Shown here: in pieces, positions 52,301 to 64,000 of the stretch | How positions within the stretch are numbered: the stretch's first letter is position 1 | Layout of the letters: each line of letters starts with the position of its first letter | Assembly (NCBI RefSeq): GCF_009914755.1 | Contig: NC_060926.1 | DNA: 64,000 bases | Strand: one strand, 5' to 3' | DNA from: the human T2T-CHM13v2.0 reference genome, Homo sapiens | The notes under the pieces: generated by a model | What the model saw: the letters and a program-made list of their open reading frames with translations, nothing else | Database searches by the model: none | Told to the model about the DNA's origin: nothing | Position numbers and translations under genes: made by a program

Positions 52301-53597
52301 CATTAGCTTTGTTAAGTTCAAATACAGAAAGCTAAAACCAACAACTCCTCTCAAGTAATCTGAGTAAAATAAATCTACACATTTACAAGAGACTCCAAGA
52401 TCTCCTTTGCTTCTTTTTTTCTAGACATGTTTGAGGCCCCAGTGTATCATTTAAGTCAGTTCTGGGCACTTATTTTCTGAGAAATCTTGTTTTGGGTTTT
52501 AGAGCCTTTGTTTCCATTTTCCTTTATTTTTATCTAAAGTATTTGAAAATGTGAAAGACTAGAAGACAAAGTGCTGCAGCAAAGAGAAGAAATAAAGCAT
52601 TTGCTTACTTGAGACATTAATTTTCACGATGTAACGTATACAGTTTTAGCCTAGTGTTGCCAAGATCTCCAATACTGTTTGGCTCACTGAAGACAAAATA
52701 CTAGGTTAATTGAGCCTATCAAGAAAGGTAATTATTTCTCAGTAGAGTACCTATTAATGATTAAGTAATTATCATTTGGAAAGTGCATTTGTACCAAGAT
52801 ATGTCCATATTGGGTGGGGCATAGATGTAACACAGCAAAAACACAAATCTGGTGGGTTGGATTTGGTTGATATTTAACATAAAGTTGAATGGGAAAATGG
52901 TTACTGTATTGGAAAATTTACTCTTTGCCCCTAAAAAAAAATAAGATATAACTAACTTAACAGTTATGGTTCTTTCCTTCTAGTAAGAGTATAAGAGTAA
53001 AGGTGATATGGAATGTTTTTCAGTCATTTCTGAGGCTGTAACTTTATCATTATTACCAACCATTATTTTCTTATGTGCAGATGAAGTTCACATCTTCTCT
53101 GCTCTTAGTAGTTTTCTTCTTTTTTCCCTTTGACTTTTGGGGGACTTTTCTCAAGTTAAATATAAGGTTTTTCTGCTTTCTCTCCATATTTACGTTTTCT
53201 TTGAGCTGCTTTTTGTTTTTTTGTTTGTTTGTTTGTTTGTTTTTACCTTTTATGTAGTATGTTTTAGAAACAAAATAGTTTACTGCACTTCATCTAATAT
53301 GACAAAATTGGAACTAAGCAGCTGGCTTGGTAGCTGATTCATAGTAGATATTCAGTAACTTCGTATTGAATGGATGAACGGATGAGAAAATGAAGCAATG
53401 AATTAAGGAAAGCAGTATGAAAGAAAAATATGGTTTGTAACGAATGCTGTATGCCATTGTAATTGTTATATTTCTCACAGTTATTGTTATGCTGCTTTTT
53501 GAGTTTTTATTGTGACATGTAGCCTTCCATTAATATATGTATTTCCTAGATTAATAATAAACCTGATAAAAGCCTTCACTTAAAAAATTTGAATTTT

Positions 53598-54165
<568 letters not shown>

Positions 54166-54589
54166 AAGGAAAAGGAAAGACAGGATAGTTGGTGAGATGG
54201 AAGTGACTGGCCTGAGTTTTACATGTAAACATGTTATTGTACTCCTGGAATGTTATGCACAGGTGGTAGTCTGAGTTTCATAATAGGGAACACTATGATT
54301 TTCACTAATAAATCACCTTTACAGAAGCACATGTGTTAAATATATGAGGGTAGGAGGTTGACAGTTTGGTTTGGGAAACTGGCTGTAATTTGAAAAGAGC
54401 TTCCTGTTAATGTCTATGTTTTATATAATACATCTACTAGACCTTATCAATGAAGTGGGAGACACAGAGGGGAGAATTGTTTTTGAAGGGGGAAACTTTG
54501 GTAAACCTGGCTACAAAAGTGCATGGCTACAATTATAATTTCTTTTTTTCAGAAATGCAATTTAAAATAAATAAGGATAAGCATTCTGT

Positions 54590-54740
54590 TTATGTATCAT
54601 CTAGTCTGAGCCCTTTCTTTTACAGGTGAGGAGAGTGAGGTGTAAGGAAGTTCTACTACTTGCCCAAAATAGCACTAATGGTTTATGGCATAAAATGTCA
54701 ACTGAGGTCTTCTGACTCCCAGTCCAGTGCAACTTTCAGT
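54590..54740 (-). mobile_element. MIR
   Basis: ttttacaggtgaggagagtgagg...acttgcccaa...tcttctgactcccagtccagtgc. Confidence 0.7.
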
Positions 54741-55224
54741 ACATGACATTTCCTCTCAGTTTATTATGAAATAGTCAAATGATAGCATTCTCAATAGCAA
54801 GATAGCCTTTGTGCTATACTTATTACTTGTCAACACTGTGAAGAAGGAGGACTGGGAAACTAAAGGAAAACTAAAATAAAAGAATTTATAATGTGACTGA
54901 GATTGAAATAATACTCCAGTTAGAAAGCAGTACAAGAAAGGACGTACTCCAAACTAACTTATGTTCACAGAAACCAAATTGTGCAATTCACATTGAGAAA
55001 GGAAAGGGCTGGTGGGGAAGTGAGACTTAATGTAGAAAATGGCTTTTGAAGGGACAGTAATGTTTGCATAGTTGGGGAGGAAGAAGGATATCCAATTAGG
55101 GGGAAAAACCTGATGTGAAAGTATGTATACTGTAAATGGGCCTATTGCACTGCTGGCTGGGCAGTAGCCAGGGGTTCGGAAAAGGGAAAACAGGTTTTGA
55201 TGTGTAGAGACAAGTGAGATTGAC

Positions 55225-55445
55225 CTATGTGGTGTGTTGGGAAGATCATAGACTTCAGAGCCAGATACACCTGAGTTTAAAGCTGCATCCATCATTTAAC
55301 AATTTGGCAACTTTGCACAAGTTACTAAACACTCTGAGCTTTGGTTTCCTCTTCTGTATAATGAACATTATACCCACAGAGCTGTGTCAAGATAACATAT
55401 AAAGTGTTCAGAGGGCCTCCCGCATAATAGGGGCACAGTAAACAT
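55225..55445 (+). mobile_element. MIR
   Basis: ttcagagccagatacacctgagttt...caagttactaaacactctgagctttggtttcctc. Confidence 0.75.
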
Positions 55446-57446
55446 GCCTCTTTACCTTCTCCCTTCCATTGGTTTCTCTCTAATGCATGGCATACAGTTC
55501 TAAGAAATATATATCAAATATGAAGTATATATTGAATAATATATATGAGATATATTAACAAATATATGTCAACTATATAAGATGAGACAATCACTATATT
55601 GGTTCTGGGACTATTACAGAAACAGTGCAGAGAACTGTCCAAGATCAGAAGTATATTCTGTAGCAGCACTAAAGAGTGAGAATGACTGGGCCATCTAGCT
55701 AGAAGTATACAAGCTTCACCAAGTTAATTTTTGGTCCAAAGAACTAGACTAAGTGTTGTGGAGAGAGATGTTTGATTGATCTTTTATTTTAGCCAAAAAT
55801 CATTTGCAGAGCATGACACAAGTACTTAGCCAAGATCTATCTGCAGAGCATGCCATAAGTACTACATTATGTATCCAGAAGGTGAAATTTAATGATTCCA
55901 AGTACATGGATTACTTTTATAGAATAGTCAGCTTTATGAGCACTTAACGTCTATGAAGTATATGTATGAGTATTCTGTGGTTGATATGCTAATTCTTGCT
56001 TCTTGCTAATTGGAAAAGTGTGCATAAGGACATATGAATTGTGGGAAGGGTCCTATTTACTCTCAAACTTTAAGGAACTTGTATAGAAAAACACTGATTC
56101 AATTCAAATGGATTATGGTAATGGGAACAGTTTTGGGTGAATTTTAGGTTTTCCATAATTCCACAAATTAGCCCAGTCTCTCTTTTTTGGCTGATCAATA
56201 TCAGTCTGTATTTTATTGTCGACGGCAATTCTGTGGGGACAATCACTGCAAATACGCATTGGTCACATCATACATAATTATAGGACAGTTTAAAGATTTT
56301 AAATGACACCTGTGGCTTGTTCATATATATAAAACAGTTTTCCCATGGATCTTGAAAATAGTAGGTTTTAGGTACTTTCACTCATTCTCATCCACGGCTG
56401 TGAACCTAGGATTTTTTATAAACCAGGGGCTATTATGGAATCCTCCCCCTATTTGGAATAATGAAAATATTTGAACGAATGTCATCAAATATGTATCAAT
56501 GCAATTCTGCCAAACTGACTTCTTATATCAAAAGGCCTACATTTAACAAAGGTATAAATGCAACTTACTTAAAAAATATGAGAATTAAGCATTGTAAGAA
56601 AAGTAAATTAAAACAAGTAAGAATAATTTCAGTTTAGAAAACCTTAACATGGCGAGTTTCTTTTGTCCCTATTATTCAGTTTTCCCAACATTTTCTGTAA
56701 CACATGAGTCCCTGAGGGTGAGGCATACCTGTCTGGAGTTCTTTTGGCTCTGTTCTGTGTATACATATTCCATACTTTCCAGAAGTTACAATGTGATTCT
56801 GTGTTTGATAATCTGGTATAATAGGCATTGTTGTGGTAAAGAGCTTTCCCTTTATGGAAAGTAATGAGACCACATTTGTTCCTTTTTCACTTTTTCATTT
56901 CGATGATGTAAATGCAGGTGGTGCCTGGTGTTCTTGGGGCCATCTCCCTCTGGCTTTATATGTCGAAGAAGTCATATCGGATTTCAGTGTCAACTTTTCA
57001 ATTTTATTCAAATATTTTGACATTCAGGCACATGGCAGACATATCTTGTCTTTGCAGAGGTTGTTTTTTAAAATAGGGAAGAGGTGAACTGATGAGAAAA
57101 AGTGTAAAGAAAAAACAGTTAATAGATGCACTATTGAAATTTATAATTTTTTTCTTTTAAGATTGTGCATGGTGATAATTCCTGATCATGAGGCAGAGAA
57201 GAAGTTTACCATTTTTTTTGATGCATACACTTTTTTTTTGCTCAGTAGTGTTTTTAAGATACACATTTTTCATGTTTTTTTCTTTTTCTCAAAACCCTCT
57301 GTATATATTTTCTCTTCGCTTTCTAATATATTTTCTACCAGACACCATATGGTTACTTCCCAGACTGTGGGCTTCACAATTTTATTTAGTTTACCTTTAC
57401 TGCAAAATCATTATAATTAAGAAAAAAAAAAAAACTTAGGGATTTC

Positions 57447-58140
<694 letters not shown>

Positions 58141-58359
58141 AAGTGCTATAGCAGGGAGATTGCTGTGGTACCTTGATGCTACTTAGAGGTCCTGAGTCTC
58201 AGATGGAAGCCTAGCGAGAGTCTTGGCTTTGTTCGGCAGCTGTGAAGATGACTGGCATCCGATAGAGTCTACCCTATAGCCAGTGAAGCTCCACCATGCC
58301 TTGCACTTGTGGTTTGGACTCCAAGCATGCAGTAGTGTTTTGGCTCCATTCTAAGAGTG

Positions 58360-58790
58360 GAGATAGCATCACCTAATGATGTTAAATACAGGCTTTTGAG
58401 CTAGAGAGTCCTGGATTTGAAGCCTCAAATCTACCATTTACTGTCCAAGTCTTCTTTGGAGGGTTATCTAATTCTCTGAATATTAATTTCTTCATCTTTA
58501 AATTGGGGATAATTAGAATATCAATAAATATCATGTTTATTGTTCACTCCTTTCTCCATATTGACAAAAGTGTAAGCTTTATGAAGACAGGGATTTTTGT
58601 CTATTTTTGCCACTGATTAATTGCTAAGTTGTTAGAACATTGCCTAATACATAAAAGGTACTTAATTTTTGTTGAATAAATAAATAAAAGCAGAGGGCTT
58701 TTATGAGCATCAAATGAGGTCATATATCTGAAATCCATCACAGTGACTGGTACATATTTAGGGATCAATAGATAGTAGCTATTAGTTTTT
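58360..58790 (+). mobile_element. MIR with an L2 3' end (~58535-58686) inside it
   Basis: MIR halves flank tgtaagctttatgaagacagggatttttgtct...tttgttgaataaataaat. Confidence 0.7.
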
Positions 58791-61599
58791 ACAATTCTGG
58801 AAGAAAATGAAGAGATAGGTTGAGGTTTGCAGATATTAGGAGAAATCTTTCCTAGGTCTGTTTATAGCAACATATATTGCAGGGAAAAGCCAAAGTTAAG
58901 TAAACTGTGTGGTGTGTTTGGAGGTCCAATTTGATTTCAAATTCAAGAAATATATTTGTATCCTAGAGAACTTCCAGAAATCTTGGACATTCTTGTGACT
59001 GGCATTGTTTTGCAACTGTCCGGCATAATTTGTTGTTTTTCTTGCTGTCAGGACAAACTGCAACAGAGTCACATCGAGTTGAGACTTCTCCAAGGGCCAT
59101 GGGGTTGACATCTGTATTCTCAGGTTTGATAACTTCTTCTTAAATCATCTGACCATCCATCTATCCATCCATTGAATTCAATATTCAATAAATATTTATC
59201 AAATACCTACATTGTTCCAGGGAGTGAAACTTTCCTCCAAAGTTTCTTCTTATTGTGATTTTATTTTCTGGTAGGATAACAGAGATTTTAACTTTAGTAT
59301 TTGAAGTAATGACAAAGATCCATAGTTCAGATTACCATAGAACCCTTCTGGCAACCCAAGTGCCCTATTATATGACAGTGCGTTCTTTCCCATAGAATGA
59401 TTATATATTTTGCACAGCTTTGTGGGTGAACTAAACTGAACTAGAAATCCAGCGAATATTCTAGCAGATTGAGTGATGATGATGCTCACCCTTCTGTTGT
59501 CATCACTTGTGGACAAGAGCTCTGCCCTGATTAGCACCACCACTACATTTTTGGTGCTAAGTGTAGTTAAATGTCATATCAAGAGTTTAAAACTTGAGAA
59601 ATTGTTGGAACACATTTTTATTTTGAGAATTTGTAAATGGTTCAGCATAAATACAAAAAAAATTTATCTGCTGTATTTATTTATGATACTTCTCTGTTGA
59701 GAAACAATAATCTTTCTGCTTCTTAATCTAAATTGAACTGCAGTGTACCAATAAAACAAGTCACAACATAAAAGTAAATTTTCTCCATATAAATAATTAA
59801 CTCTTGAAGATTTATTGGCCTTTCTCTATTTCCCCTTTTCTCTGAGTGGTGTAATCCAAATAAAATGTTGCATTTATTCTTGTCTGATAAAATATTCATA
59901 AAAGAAACCACTACCTTTGAATTTGGATTAAGAAACTGTGAAGAAAACATGATTATGAAAGTTGACCCTTGTGGTAACTACTACCTAAAGCCCATTAGCT
60001 GAAACCAACTGTCTGCAGGGAATCAACTTTTACTTTACCTTTATTTTTGTTCCTTGGTTCTTATTAAAATTTTTATTGCCTTTAAACTACTACATGATTT
60101 TGAAACAAACAAAAGCAAGTGATTAGTTTGTGTTTTCATCATATATAGGCTATAATAAGTAAGCCAGGACTTTGCTAAAAAATCATCTTGAATGATCTGA
60201 GTGACTTTGGAAATAATGAAGACAATCAGGAAAGATTTCTCAGTCCCACATAAGCAGATTTTGCTGCTGTTTAAGTAATATTTAGAGTTGAGATTTTGAT
60301 ATTTTATGGTTGTTTGGTGCTCTTTGTCATATGGAGGAAAATGTATCTGAATCGATGCTCAAGGCACACTCGCTGCCCTGCCCGTTGTTTCTTCATGGGT
60401 TCATGTTCATGTGTAGAACAGCAGGTTTATCTTGGCTTTAGCTCTTATCCAGGCTAGAGGATTCCAGCAAGACTAATAATATTCTGGTGCCCAGTTAGGA
60501 AACTGAGTTTACTGTGAGAAAAGTTCTATTGTTAGCATTCTAAAAACTCCAAAGTCTGTAATGATGGACAGAACACAGTAAGTGTTCTTAAGAAAGGTAG
60601 ATCTCGATCTATGATGCTGTTTTTGCCCTTTACAAAAGATCTAAAATGGATGATTATATAACCAATCGCTTGATTGTTCTTTGGAGTATGTCGGTTGGAG
60701 GAACAAATAATCCTTTGTGCTTTGGCTCGTTTTATAATAAGTTTTTAATTTTATGATAATCCTCAGTTCAAAAATGAAACCACCTTTCACCTGCAAGGGA
60801 AAGCCTAGCAGAAGAATCACTGGGTCGCCTCTGTTTGCTGATAACATTTTCAGTGGATAGTGTTACGCCTATGTTTTAGTGTGTGGTTGACACGTTATTT
60901 TTCTTGAGAAGCTGAATATTTTGCTTTGAGATCATGCTCTTTTTAATTTTTTTCATATAACAATGTGGTTTCTTTTATAAAATAATGATGAGAATAGAAG
61001 GTGGCAAAGTAAAGTTTTTTGCCATGTAGGTCCCTTATTTTTTGCTTGAAATAGGTCAATTCACAAAATTTAAAAGTCTAGGAACCAGTGAACTGAACAA
61101 CATTAAACCTGGAAAGAGGCCTTCTATTCCAAGTGCAGCCAGATTCCTCCCTTCTAATTTCGGGGGTTGATTGTCGTGGTGAGGCTAAGTATCATCATCT
61201 GTCCTATCCCAGCGTAGTCAAATGGTATTGCAAGGGTTAGGGTTCATATGTAGTATTTTAAAGGAAAAAAAGAAAAGAGTTAAATTTGACCAGAACAGCA
61301 AGCCCAAAGAGGATCTGAACCAACAGGAACTGACATGGTTTTTGTAGCTGAAGTGTCAGCATTTGACTGCCTTGTTGTAGGGTAGACACATTTTAGTGTT
61401 AGTGTCAGGGTTTTGAGTAATTCTTATTTCCTGACGTGAATGAGTCCCTGAGTATTTCAAGACAGTTTTCCTTTACGTATTATCCTGTGGTTGAGTATTA
61501 TTGGATGAGTTATTTCATTTTACTTATGAAATGATTACACTTACTGCTTAGACTTAATAAACCCTGGAGAAAGATGTAAAACTCTGCATATATATTTGC

Positions 61600-62060
61600 A
61601 TTACATATTTTAAATTAGATGTCTAATGAGAAAATTTAGAAACAAGTGAAAAATAAAATGAAGAGTTTACACTCCTATTCCAAGAAATGACAACTGTTAA
61701 TGTTTTGTTACACACTCTTCTGGTCTACTTTGTGTATCTGTTTAAACACTTGGGATCATACTGTATATAACATTTTGTAATCTGATCTATTTTTGCTATT
61801 TAACAACATGTAGTGAATATTGCTTTATATCCTTTATCGATCTCCAGCAACAAGAGTTTTAATGGTTGCATAATATTCTTTCTTGTGTTTCCATCTTTTT
61901 GGATATTTAGTTTGTTTCCAGTGTTTCATACTAGCAAATAATGCTTTAATGAGTATCCTCATATTCACACTTGATTTTTTTTCTCTTAGAATGGCTTCCA
62001 AGAAGTGTAATGAATATCCTACTTCTGGGTTGAAGGGTATGCATGTTTTAAAGAGCTAGA
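61600..62060 (-). mobile_element. Old L1ME-like 3' fragment
   Basis: caactgttaatgtttt...gggatcatactgtatat...ttttaatggttgcataatattc...ctgggttgaagggtatgcat. Confidence 0.65.
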
Positions 62061-63789
62061 GAAATCTTTAAACATTTTATGAGAGGGAACAATAAAATTA
62101 AGATCCTGTTTTTGAGGCATAAATCACAATCCAGATTAAATGGATGGCCAGAAAACATTTATATTTTCTGCTGGAAATCCTAGGAGTCCAAGAAAAGGAA
62201 TTATGTGGGGGAAAGAATAAAAAACTGAGCTGTAACATCAGTGTGACGAGATAGGAATGTGGGAGAGCAGAAGAATATTGACTTGCTAGTGCTTGCAGTG
62301 AGGTTGGAAAATGTTGACATACACGATCATACTTGGTGGTACTATCTATATTTACAGGATTAAGAACTACTCCAGAATAAATAGAGTAGTCCAACAAAGT
62401 GGACACAAGATTAGTTACATAGTATTAATTACATGGCATTAAATTTATCTATGCCTAAGAAATTTCAGGTTGCACCTGCTGAGTTTTTGTGTGTTTCACA
62501 GAAAATATGAAGTTTTGTGGTGTTGGTGGAGGCAGTTTTTCACTCTGAGTTCAGTTGATGAGGAAGGCTCTATTAAAAGAGTGGGGATGAAATGCATGTC
62601 AAGTATCAGGTTTCAAGTAATTTATGTCTTATTTTGTTGTGTGATTTTGACCTGCAGTTTTTCTACTTATACCTTTGCTGGTGAAACATGATGAGTCAAA
62701 CATGCTGTGTAAGCACCATTACACCATTTACTGCTCCATGTGCAATCCGATCACACCTCCAGCTCTGTAAGATGTAGCCATGGCTTTCAATTAAATTACC
62801 ACACTGACATAAATCTGATTTTGGACTGGATTTCATGTGTTTAAAATATTAAAGCACTATTTACCAATCCCTAATGAGAAGTAATCAAATAATTCAAACA
62901 GCAGTACAAATACTTATATTTAACTATAGATAGAGCCAAATTAAATAGAAGTACATCTTTCTTTATGAGAAAATATGTTCAAACATACCTCAGAAATACT
63001 CACTCTGTTCTATTCAGTTAAAAAGAGGAAAAGTTATAATTTATTTTAGACACCTTTATTTGGGACATTGTCCAATTTGAAAACTAAAGTTATCACTTAC
63101 ATGATACAAACTCCCCCGGAAGAGCGTGTTCTTTTGATGGTTTCCTACATCACAAGGAATAGATAGTCATTCACTTCTCCATCTGGCCTCAGTACCCTAT
63201 GTGTAGCATTAGCGCTGTTTATCATTTGTTTACTGTCTGCAGGTATTCCTTTCCAATGAGGTTGTGGACTTGGCAAAGTCTGGCTCTGAGTCTTAGCTGT
63301 CCCTATTTTCTAAGCTCTTGGTACAAATAGATATTTGAAACTTGCTTATTTAATGCATGCTACATACAGAGGTTTGCAATTTAGTAAACTGTCAAGCTAT
63401 CTAAATGCACCTGATTTCCCAAAAAATGCTCTGTGGTTATTTAGTTTTTATTTTTAATTTCTTGTCTATTTTCAAAGACGGCAAATACAATACCCCATTT
63501 CTCAAAATTTCAATAAGATGCACTACAATTTGTAGGTTAAATGAGAATGTTCCATGCCTGGAACTGAGGAAAGAAAATAATGAATACTACCATTAATAAT
63601 ACTTACTGGAACCTTTTGATGGTGCAGTGCAGTTTGCTCGCCCCTTAACATACAAGTAAGAGAACAGCCCTTAAGGAATGAAGAGTCTAAGAGAAAAAAG
63701 TACAGCATTTCCTAAATTGTGTTAAGGGATTGTGCTGTTTTATCTGGTAGCCACATCAACAGCATTATATGTCTTTGGGAGTTGCTGGG

Positions 63790-63990
63790 GCACAAAAAGG
63801 TAGAGCATAGAGATATCAAATAAAGTCTTAACACCCTCATTCTGAAAGTGACATGTTACTTCCACTCATAGCTCATTGGCCAGAAGTGGTCACATGGCTT
63901 CAACCAGAGTTAAGTGAGAATGAGAAGTCTTTCATGTGCCAAAGAAGGACGAGTCCTGAAGTTGGTGAACATTAATAACTTCAAAGACTA
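63790..63990 (-). mobile_element. MaLR LTR fragment (MLT1K-like)
   Basis: aagtgacatgttacttccactcatagctcattggccagaagtggtcacatggc. Confidence 0.65.
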
Positions 63991-64000
63991 AAAATGAAAA

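Noticed and set aside
59531-59567. Interlocking inverted repeats (TTAGCACCA/TGGTGCTAA and ACTACA/TGTAGT) resembling a pseudoknot
   Set aside because: Connecting loops of 0-2 nt are too short for both stems to form; no RNA evidence

Overview
This is AT-rich primate (most likely human) non-coding DNA, intronic or gene-desert in character. It has no intact protein-coding gene, RNA gene or CRISPR array. The first 8.5 kb is a nested transposon stack. A Tigger1 DNA transposon is split by a ~7 kb block flanked by a 15-bp target-site duplication with an L1-endonuclease TTTT/AA nick site. That block holds a near full-length minus-strand L1PA7/8-like LINE with a ~570-bp ORF2 deletion, plus an apparently much older L1M fragment carrying an Alu. 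This reversed age order suggests L1-mediated transduction. The rest is unique sequence with scattered Alu, MIR, L2, MaLR/LTR16 LTRs and MITEs, several motif-dense candidate enhancers, and one plausible + strand spliced exon (35978-36117) with an open frame, possibly from a lncRNA or smORF. Repeat subfamily calls come from recalled consensus sequences and need RepeatMasker/Dfam confirmation. Enhancer calls are motif-based inference only.
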